Source: Gemmatimonadota bacterium
GTDB lineage: Bacteria > Gemmatimonadota > Gemmatimonadetes > Gemmatimonadales > GWC2-71-9
NCBI GenBank assembly: GCA_025357945.1
Contig: JANYLJ010000054.1
Coordinates: forward strand, 136,607-200,606
Length of the DNA: 64,000 bases
Direction: 5' to 3'
Shown one piece after another: positions 19,231-27,440 of this stretch. Under the pieces are notes generated by a model. That model made no database searches. It was given only the letters and a program-made list of their open reading frames with translations, and had not been told where the DNA came from. A program made the translations under genes and the position numbers. Position 1 is the stretch's first letter. The number at the start of each line of letters is the position of its first letter.

Positions 19231-19751
19231 TCTCCCCCCTGCGAATGGAGCAACAGCTGAAGCTCACTGTCAGTCAGGTCTTCAAGATGCGGCACCACGC
19301 CGGGTGTGGCATCGGCCGCGGTGGACCCGAGCGACTGCAAGACGCTGCGGAGTTGGCCATCGTCCAACGCCTGCAACTCCGGCAAGATCCCGAGCGCGGT
19401 CGCCGTGTCGCTGGCGTTGCCGGCGCGCGGGCGCTGCAACCGCGGCGCCGACAGAATCAGTACCACGCTGGCGGCGGCAGCCAACAGACCAATCACGCTA
19501 CCCCGCCACGGCAAGCGGCGGATCACGCTTCGCTCGGGTGGCGCCGCCCGCAACCGGGCCATGACCGCCGCTGCGACACGATCCGCCGCGACCGCCGTTC
19601 CGGCATGCAGCTGAGCACCTGCGCGCACGATGCGCCACTCCAGCGCGCAGTCGGTGCACGTTGCCAAGTGCGCCACCTCCGCCCCGGTCCACGATACCGT
19701 CCCGCGCGCTGCCTCAGGCATCCGGTCTCGCATCGCCGCACAATCGATCAT
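19227..19751 (-). CDS. anti-sigma factor (zf-HC2 type, single TM)
   Basis: N-terminal H-x3-C-x2-C (HLATCTDC), central TM GSVIGLLAAAASVVLILSAP. Overlaps the sigma gene stop (ATGA). Confidence 0.7.
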   Translation of the reverse strand: MIDCAAMRDRMPEAARGTVSWTGAEVAHLATCTDCALEWRIVRAGAQLHAGTAVAADRVAAAVMARLRAAPPERSVIRRLPWRGSVIGLLAAAASVVLILSAPRLQRPRAGNASDTATALGILPELQALDDGQLRSVLQSLGSTAADATPGVVPHLEDLTDSELQLLLHSQGGE

Positions 19752-20314
19752 GCCAACAACTCCTTCAATCGCTTTACCGCGTGATGATAATGCACCCGTG
19801 CCGCCCCGGTCGTGCTACCGAGCGCGCTGGCAATCTCGGCGTACTCGAGTCCCTGCTGCACACGGAGCAGGAATACCTCGCGCTGCAGCCGTGGCAAGCG
19901 CAGCAGTCCCTGCTGGAGCAGCCGTCCCGTTTCATCCGCTGCCAATTCCCCGGCCGGATCGGCGCTGCCAGCGATGTCGTGTTCTTCGATCTCCAGGAAG
20001 ATTCGCCCCTTGTTCTGGCGGAACCGGTCCTTGAGCAGGTTGCCAGCGATACGAAAGAGCCAACCACGAAACGAGCCATCGCCGCGCCACCCATCGAGCC
20101 CGCGGAACGCCTTGAAAAACGTATCCTGAACAAGATCATCAACGTCGGCGCTGGTGGCTCCCGAGGCGGCGAGATAACGACCCAATGCCGCCGCGTGACG
20201 GTGGACCAATTGACCCGCGGCGCGCTCGTCCCCGCCGCGCCAAGCCACCACGAGCTCGGGATCGGGTGCCCCGTCCGAACCCACTAGCACTGTCCCCCCG
20301 AATGACGAGGCCAC
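19748..20314 (-). CDS. ECF (sigma-70 family, group 4) RNA polymerase sigma factor
   Basis: Region 2 DVDDLVQDTFFKAFRGL. Region 4 LPRLQREVFLLRVQQGLEYAEIASALGSTTGAARVHYHHAVKRLKE. Confidence 0.85.
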   Translation of the reverse strand: MASSFGGTVLVGSDGAPDPELVVAWRGGDERAAGQLVHRHAAALGRYLAASGATSADVDDLVQDTFFKAFRGLDGWRGDGSFRGWLFRIAGNLLKDRFRQNKGRIFLEIEEHDIAGSADPAGELAADETGRLLQQGLLRLPRLQREVFLLRVQQGLEYAEIASALGSTTGAARVHYHHAVKRLKELLA

Positions 20315-20440
20315 ACGCGATTCGTTAATAGGGTGTTGTTCGTTTGCAACGGCGGCGGTCGGCGCACTCGGTCGGATCGACCTGGCGCAACAACCTTTCG
20401 GATCGCCTTACCTCGTGTGCACAAAGTACACATCTCGTTG

Positions 20441-20453
20441 TCAACAATGTTGA
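20441..20453. promoter_or_regulatory. 13-bp perfect palindrome TCAACAATGTTGA in an AT-rich divergent promoter region (candidate operator)
   Basis: Read directly. A third TCAACA half-site lies at about 20486, and an 8-bp palindrome TGTGCACA lies just upstream. The site is 50 nt upstream of the GDPD start. Confidence 0.25.
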
Positions 20454-20502
20454 TATGATCTGCAGCCTCAAGTAGTTTCCACGATATCAACAGCGGACAA
20501 AC

Positions 20503-21219
20503 ATGCCTTCCCCATCGTTTTCCACAGCGGAACGTCCCGTCGTGATCGGCCACCGAGGCGCCTCGGGGCACGCGGTCGAGAACTCGCTCGAAGCGTTCCG
20601 GATCGCGGCATCTCCGGGCCACCCGGGCTCCTGCCACGGGGTGGAACTGGACCTGCAGACCACTTTGGACGGCGAATTCGTGGTGCATCACGACCCTGCC
20701 CTGGCCACGGGGGAGCTGATTGCTGCCACCCCACTCAGCAGGGTCTGCGCCACTCGGCTCGCCGATGGCTCGCCGGTGCCGACTCTCGCGGCGGCGTTGG
20801 CCGTTCTGGCGAGGCTCGAGGTCTTTGTCGAAGCGAAGACCCTGCCGCCCGCGGCCGATGCTGCACTGCTGGCCCTGCTGCACGCGTACGGCCCGGACCG
20901 TTCCTCCGTCCACGCCTTCGATCACCGCGTGATCGCCCGCCTGCACCGGGCCGACCCCGGCCTTCGCGTCGGCGTACTGTCGCGGTCGTACCCGGTCGAT
21001 CCGGTACAACAGGTGAGGGATGCCGGGGCTGCAATGCTTTGGCAGGAAGCGTACCTGATCGACGCACCGCTTGTCGTGGCCTGTCATGACGCAGGGATCG
21101 CCTTGATCGCCTGGACCGTCAACGAGGCTGCGGAGGCTCAGCGCCTGGCCGAACTCGGCGTCGACGGACTTTGCGGGAATTGGCCGGCACGGTTGAGGAA
21201 CAGCGGCCGCGGGCCGTGA
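20503..21219 (+). CDS. glycerophosphodiester phosphodiesterase
   Basis: VVIGHRGASGHAVENSLEAF, GVELDLQTTLDGEFVVHHD, WTVN. Confidence 0.85.
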   Translation: MPSPSFSTAERPVVIGHRGASGHAVENSLEAFRIAASPGHPGSCHGVELDLQTTLDGEFVVHHDPALATGELIAATPLSRVCATRLADGSPVPTLAAALAVLARLEVFVEAKTLPPAADAALLALLHAYGPDRSSVHAFDHRVIARLHRADPGLRVGVLSRSYPVDPVQQVRDAGAAMLWQEAYLIDAPLVVACHDAGIALIAWTVNEAAEAQRLAELGVDGLCGNWPARLRNSGRGP

Positions 21220-21297
21220 GCCGGTAGGGTCAGTTCGCGTCCGATGTTCGAAAAAATCACGCGAACCCTGATTGTGGGCCGTCGGTTCACGGCCAAC

Positions 21298-21323
21298 AAA
21301 AAGGCGCCCCCAAAAGGAGCGCC
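21298..21323 (-). terminator. intrinsic terminator downstream of rpmA
   Basis: Minus-strand RNA GGCGCUCC-UUUUG-GGGGCGCC (8-bp stem with one U-G pair) followed by UUUUU, 23 nt after the rpmA stop. Confidence 0.65.
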
Positions 21324-21346
21324 CTCGCAACACAGGCCCGCCGTGC

Positions 21347-21616
21347 CTACGCGCCGACGCTCTCGATCGGATACACCGAGATCTTGAGGCGGTCGCGATC
21401 CTTGCGCTCGAATTTCACGACGCCGTCGATGTAGGTGTGCAACGAGTCGTCCTTCGCCTTGAAGACGTTGTTCCCGACGTGGAACCTGGTCCCGCGCTGC
21501 TTGACCAGAATGCTTCCCGCCGTCACCCGCTCGCCACCGAAATGCTTGACGCCGAGGTACTGGGGATTCGAGTTGCGACCGTTGCGGCTTGAGCCGACGC
21601 CCTTTTTATGTGCCAC
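21347..21616 (-). CDS. rpmA: 50S ribosomal protein L27
   Basis: [29 protein letters not shown]... Confidence 0.95.
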   Translation of the reverse strand: MAHKKGVGSSRNGRNSNPQYLGVKHFGGERVTAGSILVKQRGTRFHVGNNVFKAKDDSLHTYIDGVVKFERKDRDRLKISVYPIESVGA

Positions 21617-21624
21617 CTGTTACC

Positions 21625-21942
21625 TCAACCGAGTACGACGTCGGTGATGCGGACTTCAGTGTACTTCTGCCGATGCCCGGTTTTCCGCCGGTAGTTCTTC
21701 CGGCGCTTGAACTTGAACACGTAGATCTTGTCTTCCTTGCCATGGCCGATCACTTCGACCGCGACCGACGCACCCTTGATGGTCGGCGTACCCGCGGTGA
21801 CGGTATCGCCCGACGACGCGAGCAGCACCTCATCGAAGACGACCTTGTCGCCCGGAGACTTCTTTTCCATCAACGGAAGCCGAATCGTCGCGCCGGTTTC
21901 GGCGCGCCACTGCTTCCCGAGTGCCTTGAAAATCGCGTACAT
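21625..21942 (-). CDS. rplU: 50S ribosomal protein L21
   Basis: Trimmed to ATG 21940-21942 ([15 protein letters not shown]...). GGAG lies 6 nt upstream. ...[26 protein letters not shown]. Confidence 0.95.
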   Translation of the reverse strand: MYAIFKALGKQWRAETGATIRLPLMEKKSPGDKVVFDEVLLASSGDTVTAGTPTIKGASVAVEVIGHGKEDKIYVFKFKRRKNYRRKTGHRQKYTEVRITDVVLG

Positions 21943-21966
21943 AGTCAGCTCCAAATATAGCCCGTA

Positions 21967-21995
21967 AATATATTGCAGGCACTGGCTTGGTGCAA
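21967..21995 (-). promoter_or_regulatory. candidate sigma-70 promoter for rplU-rpmA (TTGCAC-N17-TATATT)
   Basis: Minus-strand read cTTGCACcaagccagtgcctgcaaTATATTtacgggc. The -35 is at 21990-21995 and the -10 at 21967-21972, with 17-nt spacing. It lies between the rng stop and the rplU SD. Confidence 0.45.
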
Positions 21996-22009
21996 GTGCG
22001 CGCGGGGAC

Positions 22010-23683
22010 TCATGCCACCGCGTACAGCTCGGTGACATCGCGTCCAGCCGGCCGCGACATCAGCCGAAACTCGTCGAGCCGAAGCATGGGATCGTCGCGT
22101 ACCTCGAGGTCCAGCCCGCCCTGGCGGCCGAGGTTGGCGACCAGCTTCGTCTCCTCCTCCAACAGGTACAGGGCCACATCCGGATGGAGCCGGATGGCGA
22201 GCTTGCGGTCCTTCTTCTCAGTGCCGGCCCGCTTGAGCGCCCGCTCCAGCCGGCGGGCGACCACCTCGGGTGAGAAAACGCGGCCGGTACCGTGGCACGT
22301 CGTGCACTCGCGCGTCATCGACGCCCAGAGCGATGGCCGGACCCGCTGCCGGGTCATCTCGATCAGGCCAAGTTCGGACACGGCATACGCTCGGGTGCGG
22401 GCGCGGTCGCGACCGAGATGGGTGCGGAGTTCCGACACCACGCGGTCGCGGTTCGCCTTGGTTTCCATGTCGATGAAGTCGGCCACGATGATGCCGCCCA
22501 CGTCGCGCAGCCTGATTTGGCGGGCAATCTCTCGCGCCGCTTCGATGTTAGTGCGCAGGATCGTCTTTTCGGGATCGCGCTTGCCAGTGTAGCGCCCGGT
22601 GTTCACGTCGATCGAGACCAGCGCTTCGGTGGGTTGGATGATCAAGTACCCGCCGCTCGGCAACTCGACTCGCGGCTGGAACAGGTCACGGATTTCCGGC
22701 TCGATCTTGAAGCGATCGAACAGCGGCACCGACTCGTCGTAGAAGTGCACCCGTTCGGTGAGTTCGGGATCAATCAGCTCGAGGTACTGGCTGATTTCGT
22801 GGTGCAATTCGCGCGAGTCCACCCAGAGCGCGTCCACCTTGGCGGAGAACACGTCGCGCACCAAGCTGCGGGTGAGCGACGCCTCGCGGTGCAGCAGCGC
22901 CGGGCCGCGGCGGGCGAAGGTCTGCTTCCGCTTGATCTTTTTCCAGGTATTGATCAGCGACAGGATCTCGCGGCGGAAGTGGTCCTCCGTCACACCTTCG
23001 GCCACGGTACGCACGATCACGCCACCGGCGTCCGGGGGCACCAGCCCGGACACCATCTCGCGAAGTTTGGCCCGCTGTTCCCGGTTCTCGATCTTGCGCG
23101 ACACGCCGACCTTGGTGGCGTACGGCATGTAGACGAGAAAACGACCCGCCAATGAAATCTGGGCGGTGACACGACAACCCTTGGTCGAGATCGGCTCCTT
23201 GGTCACCTGCACCGGGAGCATCTCGCCCTTCTTGAGGCGTTCGGCGATATCGGGAATGGCCCGCCGGCCGCTGATTTCGCGCCGACCGCCGTCGCCGCGG
23301 CGCTTCGGACGCGCCGAGACGGCGGTCGCCGGCTCGCCGGCCGCTACCGCTTCGCCGGCGTCACCCGGGTCACCCGGGTCACCGGCCTCGCCTGGCTCGG
23401 CGTCGCCGTCCAACGGCTCGTCGTCGTCCCGGTCTTCCGGATCCTCGTCGTCCTCCGGCTCGAGCAGATCGGAGGCGTGGAGGTAGGCGCTCTTCTCCAT
23501 GCCGATGTCGACAAAAGCGGCCTGGATGCCGCCGAGAACCGCTTCTACCCGACCGAGGTAGATGTCACCGACGGTCCGCCGGTGGTCAGGGCGATCGACC
23601 AGCAGTTCGACAAGTCGGTCGTCCTCGAGGATAGCAACGCGGGTTTCGCGGGGGGTGCCTGAGATCAGGATTTCGCGCTTCAC
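22010..23683 (-). CDS. rng: ribonuclease E/G family protein (Rng-like) with acidic insertion in the S1 domain
   Basis: GTG start. MKREILISGTPRETRVAILEDDRLVE, S1 region GRVEAVLGGIQAAFVDIG...VQVTKEPISTKGCRVT, catalytic region IIVADFIDM, zinc-link CTTCHGTG. Confidence 0.9.
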   Translation of the reverse strand: MKREILISGTPRETRVAILEDDRLVELLVDRPDHRRTVGDIYLGRVEAVLGGIQAAFVDIGMEKSAYLHASDLLEPEDDEDPEDRDDDEPLDGDAEPGEAGDPGDPGDAGEAVAAGEPATAVSARPKRRGDGGRREISGRRAIPDIAERLKKGEMLPVQVTKEPISTKGCRVTAQISLAGRFLVYMPYATKVGVSRKIENREQRAKLREMVSGLVPPDAGGVIVRTVAEGVTEDHFRREILSLINTWKKIKRKQTFARRGPALLHREASLTRSLVRDVFSAKVDALWVDSRELHHEISQYLELIDPELTERVHFYDESVPLFDRFKIEPEIRDLFQPRVELPSGGYLIIQPTEALVSIDVNTGRYTGKRDPEKTILRTNIEAAREIARQIRLRDVGGIIVADFIDMETKANRDRVVSELRTHLGRDRARTRAYAVSELGLIEMTRQRVRPSLWASMTRECTTCHGTGRVFSPEVVARRLERALKRAGTEKKDRKLAIRLHPDVALYLLEEETKLVANLGRQGGLDLEVRDDPMLRLDEFRLMSRPAGRDVTELYAVA

Positions 23684-23949
23684 GGAGGTCTCTGGGAGGG
23701 CTCGAGCGCGCGAGCGCCCGCCTCACCAATTGAAGGGACGAAGGCCGCCGCCACAGGTCGGGGCGCATCCCGGACGAGAGCTTCGGCAGCCGCGGAATGC
23801 GCCGGGTGGCATGGGACGCGGTCGACGGGATCGTGTCAAACGCGCCCGATGCCTGGCCAACGCAGGCCGGGTGTCGGAGCTGTCGTGTTTTTGCGGGGCG
23901 ATGCGCAACGATGGACCTGTGGAACCAGCGGAGAATCGAAAGAAAGCGA

Positions 23950-24024
23950 TATGCAGCCCGGCTGGAGGGAGTGTCTCTGCCGCTCGGGGCCGGGACCAGC
24001 GGGCCGTCTAGCTCAGGCTGCATA
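23950..24024. other. long-range stem (9-bp perfect arms TATGCAGCC / GGCTGCATA) enclosing 57 nt with an inner GCTGG/CCAGC stem
   Basis: Read directly. Arms at 23950-23958 and 24016-24024, inner pair at 23961-23965 and 23996-24000. Lies inside the 488-bp non-coding region between rng and the M8-like gene. Confidence 0.3.
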
Positions 24025-24171
24025 CCTAAACATATGCAATGCCGGTACTTACGACAAGACCGCGGGCCCCAGCCAAGACGCCGGTGCAGGCCCAAAGCTG
24101 CTTGCGCGTCGAGGATGGGCCGCTCGTTCGAATAGTGGCGCTGGCCCATGCCTTGCTGGCAAATTGGCACC

Positions 24172-25992
24172 ATGACTTCTAGAAATACTGTGGTGAACGC
24201 CGGGCTGCGCGTCGTCGCGGGCGTCCTGGTCGTCGTCGCGAGCGCGTGCCGGAGCAACGGCGACCTCGGCGGCAGCCCGTCGGCAATCGTTGTCGTGGCT
24301 GGCGCGAACCAGTCGGCAACGGTCGGCACCGGCGTCGCGACGGCGCCGTCGGTGCGGGTTCAGGATGGGGCGGGCAGCGCAATTCCCGGCCTTACCGTCC
24401 GTTTTACAGTGGTTGGCGGCGGCGGGTCGATTCTCGGCGATTCCACCCAGACGGATGCAAATGGCCGCGCGAGCGTCGGCGGCTGGGTGTTGGGTACCAC
24501 GCCAGGCACGAACACGTTGCAGGCGGCGGTCGGTGGGACCGCCCTCCTCGCCACGGTGAGTGCCACCGCGGTGGCCGGGACCGGTGTGACGGTCCGCTTG
24601 TCCGGCCAGCAAGGGTACATCGCACTCGTCGGTCAGGCGGTCACCCCACCGCCAGCGGTGCTGGTAGTCGACATCTTCGGCAATCCGGTTCCTGGCGCGA
24701 CCGTCACGTTCACGGTGTCCCAGGGCGGTGGGAGCATCACCGGTGGCACCGCCAGCACGGACGCGAGCGGTGTTGCCCAGGTCGGCTCATGGACCCTGGG
24801 CACGGTGGTGGGTGGCAACGCACTAAGGGCACAGATCACCGGTGGCGCATCGCTCTCATTCACCGCCCAGGGGCTGACGTCGGCCCCGGTGCTCGCCGCG
24901 ACAACGTCGACAGCACAGACGGGCTACCTCAGGTTCCCGGTTACCAACGTGCCTCGGGTGCTCGTCAAGGACGCACTCGGACGTCCGCTCGCCGGAGTTC
25001 CCGTGACGTTCGCCGTCACTGGCGGTGATGCGACCGTGACCGGCGGGACGGCGCTCAGCGGCGCCGACGGCGTCGCGGCTCCCGCGGATTGGCGGCTGGG
25101 CCAAGGGAGCAGCAGCACGGTGGCGGCGACCGCAGGACTCGGCGCGACACCGGTCACGTTTACGGCGACCGGCGTCGCAGCCTCGTTCCTGATCGATTTG
25201 CGCTTCCTCACGAGCATGTCCGCCGATGAGCGTGACGCGTTTGTCGCGGCGGCGCGGCGTTGGATGTCGATCATCACGGCACATCTGACCCCGGTGCCGG
25301 TCAACCTCCCGGCGGGGGCGTGCTCCGCACTCCAGCCGGCAATGAACGAAACGGTGACGGACGTGGTGATCTTCGCCGAGGTGATCCCGATCGACGGCGT
25401 GGCGAACGTGCTTGGTTCGGCGGGCCCGTGCGCATCGCGGTCGAGCTCGGATCTCACGGTGGTCGGAACGATGCAGTTTGATTCCGCGGACCTGCCGGCG
25501 CTGGCCGCCACAAATCAGATCGTCGCCACGATCACGCATGAGATGGCACACGTGCTGGGCTTCGGCACCGCGTGGTCGAGTCGAGGCCTGACCAGTGGGC
25601 TCGGAACCACGGACCCGAGGTTCATCGGACCGGAGGCAGTCTCGATCTGGCCACCGTTCAGCGCGGCCCTGGGCTTCCCGGGCACGACCCCGCCGCTCGA
25701 GAACGTCGGCCTCGCCGGCACGGCCGGAGTCCACTGGCGCGAATCGTTCTTCCACGCCGAGCTGATGACTGGATTCATCGAAGCGCCAGGGGTCTTCATG
25801 CCGTTGTCGCGGATGACCATCGCCTCGATGAAGGACCTCGGCTATCAGGTCGATTACTCGCAGGCCGATCTCTTCGTGGGGAACCTGGTGGCCGCCGGAA
25901 GCGCCGTTGCGCCACCGACGATGATCCGCGAGCGGCTCGGGCGGGCGACCTGGCAAATCACGTCAACCGGTGAGACGCGCCGGCTGCAATAG
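24172..25992 (+). CDS. lipoprotein with three Ig-like repeats and a leishmanolysin-like (M8-type) zinc-metalloprotease domain
   Basis: Trimmed to ATG 24172 (MTSRNTVVNAGLRVVAGVLVVVASAC, lipobox ASAC). Three approximately 90-aa repeats of pattern ...V.V.D..G.P..G..VTF.V..GGGS..G.T..TDA.G.A.VG.W.LG. HEMAHVLGFG at 25537-25566, and a later HWRESFFHAELMTG. Confidence 0.7.
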   Translation: MTSRNTVVNAGLRVVAGVLVVVASACRSNGDLGGSPSAIVVVAGANQSATVGTGVATAPSVRVQDGAGSAIPGLTVRFTVVGGGGSILGDSTQTDANGRASVGGWVLGTTPGTNTLQAAVGGTALLATVSATAVAGTGVTVRLSGQQGYIALVGQAVTPPPAVLVVDIFGNPVPGATVTFTVSQGGGSITGGTASTDASGVAQVGSWTLGTVVGGNALRAQITGGASLSFTAQGLTSAPVLAATTSTAQTGYLRFPVTNVPRVLVKDALGRPLAGVPVTFAVTGGDATVTGGTALSGADGVAAPADWRLGQGSSSTVAATAGLGATPVTFTATGVAASFLIDLRFLTSMSADERDAFVAAARRWMSIITAHLTPVPVNLPAGACSALQPAMNETVTDVVIFAEVIPIDGVANVLGSAGPCASRSSSDLTVVGTMQFDSADLPALAATNQIVATITHEMAHVLGFGTAWSSRGLTSGLGTTDPRFIGPEAVSIWPPFSAALGFPGTTPPLENVGLAGTAGVHWRESFFHAELMTGFIEAPGVFMPLSRMTIASMKDLGYQVDYSQADLFVGNLVAAGSAVAPPTMIRERLGRATWQITSTGETRRLQ

Positions 25993-26023
25993 CGGCGCGA
26001 GCCGTCCTGGTGTCGTTTCGCCG

Positions 26024-27376
26024 TCACCGCCGATTCGGCGCACAACGATCGCAGCCGCCACAGCGATCGATCCGTTCGCCGAACCATGCCAACAGGTTCC
26101 GCCGCCGACACCCGCGCGCGCGGGCGTAGGCGACCATCGCGTCGATCCGACGCGCAGCTTCGCGCCGGCGGCGGCGCACTCCCTGCCATGCCACGGCGCC
26201 CCGTTCGGGCCGCAGCTCGGCCGCCAAACGATCGGCGGCTGCCACCACGCTCGCCGGTTGGCGCGACCGGAGTGACGGATCCCGCCAGAGTCGCTCGAGG
26301 AGTCGTTCGGATGGAAAAGTGGTCGCGAGTTGCTTGCGCGGCAGCACGGCATCGGACGGATGGTGAAAGAGGACACACCGCGCCGGCGCGCGATCGCGAC
26401 CGGCACGACCCGCTTCCTGATAGTACGACTCAGGCGTCGCAGGCATCGTCCAATGGGCGACCAGGCGCACGGCCGCCTTGTCGATGCCCATGCCAAACGC
26501 GCAGGTCGCGACGACCACGCGCACCTCATCATTGAGAAAGCGCTGCAGCACGGTGCTGCGCTCGGGTGCCGTCATGCCCGCGTGATACGGCGCGGCCGCT
26601 ACACCCGATTCGACCATGATGCGGGTGAGACCGTCGACCAGCCCGCGCGTCGGTGCATACACGATACCTGCGCCACGCGTGCCGCGGACCAGGGCGGTCA
26701 GCCGCGCCAGGCGATCCTCGCGACCCGAGACGCCGACGACATCGAAGCGCAGGTTCGGCCGATCGAACGAACCGACGATCTCTCGTGCATCGGGCCGGAA
26801 CCCGAGCGAATCCTGGATGTCGCGGCGCACGTCCGGCGTCGCCGTGCCGGTGAGGGCGATGACGGGCGGGGTTCCGACCAGCTCCCGAACGCGTCGCAGC
26901 GCGCGAAAGCTCGGTCGGAAATCGTGGCCCCACTCGACGATGCAGTGTGCCTCGTCCACCGCGATCCGGCTGATACTGCCGCCCCGCGCCAACAGTTCGT
27001 CGGCGAATCGCGGCAACCGCTCGGGCGAGACATAGAGGAGTTTCAGCCGGCCCGCCGCCGCATCGGCCACCAGGCCAGCCTGGGTCGTGGCGTCGTGGGT
27101 GCTATTGAGCGCTGCCGCTGCCACACCCCGCCGGACGAGCGCTCCGACCTGGTCCTGCATCAGCGCGATCAGCGGTGAGACCACGACCGTGAGGCGACCG
27201 GATGCGAGCGCCGGAATCTGGAAGCAGAGTGACTTGCCGCCGCCCGTCGGCAGGACCGCCAGGACGTCGCGCCCGCACAGCACGTGATGGATGATGCGGG
27301 ATTGCAGTGGCCGGAACTCGGCATGGCCGAACGACGTGCGCAACAGGTTGCGGGCGAGCTCGAGTGGGGAGGACAT
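26024..27376 (-). CDS. recQ: RecQ-family ATP-dependent DNA helicase (short form)
   Basis: FRPLQ, Walker A PTGGGKSLCFQIPAL, DEAH box AVDEAHCIVEWGHDFRP, C-terminal Cys cluster CRRRNLL...CGGCDRC. At 450 aa there is no room for an HRDC domain. Confidence 0.9.
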   Translation of the reverse strand: MSSPLELARNLLRTSFGHAEFRPLQSRIIHHVLCGRDVLAVLPTGGGKSLCFQIPALASGRLTVVVSPLIALMQDQVGALVRRGVAAAALNSTHDATTQAGLVADAAAGRLKLLYVSPERLPRFADELLARGGSISRIAVDEAHCIVEWGHDFRPSFRALRRVRELVGTPPVIALTGTATPDVRRDIQDSLGFRPDAREIVGSFDRPNLRFDVVGVSGREDRLARLTALVRGTRGAGIVYAPTRGLVDGLTRIMVESGVAAAPYHAGMTAPERSTVLQRFLNDEVRVVVATCAFGMGIDKAAVRLVAHWTMPATPESYYQEAGRAGRDRAPARCVLFHHPSDAVLPRKQLATTFPSERLLERLWRDPSLRSRQPASVVAAADRLAAELRPERGAVAWQGVRRRRREAARRIDAMVAYARARGCRRRNLLAWFGERIDRCGGCDRCAPNRR

Positions 27377-27414
27377 GGCCCGGAGGTTGTTCGGGCCGGT
27401 GGTGCTACGTGGGG

Positions 27415-27429
27415 CGTTCGAGCGCGTTC
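27415..27429. promoter_or_regulatory. GTTC-N7-GTTC direct repeat upstream of recQ (candidate LexA box)
   Basis: Read directly: GTTCgaagcgcGTTC, 39-53 nt upstream of the recQ ATG (27376), in the 53-nt gap after the 48-aa ORF. Confidence 0.3.
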
Positions 27430-27440
27430 GGGTGGAATGC

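Noticed and set aside
20315-20420. Canonical ECF autoregulated promoter (GGAAC-N16/17-CGT) upstream of the sigma factor gene
   Set aside because: The minus strand has ...GCAAACGAACAACACCCTATTAACGAATC... . An AAC ... CGAA pair can be forced at roughly the right spacing, but the match is weak and ambiguous. I do not report it as a feature.
20284-21333. 349-aa minus-strand ORF spanning the GDPD locus
   Set aside because: It is antisense to a well-supported glycerophosphodiester phosphodiesterase gene. It also runs across the AT-rich promoter region and the rpmA terminator, which a real gene would not do.
23586-24329. 247-aa minus-strand ORF covering the large rng-upstream gap
   Set aside because: It overlaps the real starts of both rng and the M8-like gene. 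It is Arg/Pro-rich and has no motif. I treat the region as non-coding (see the finding on 23684-24171).
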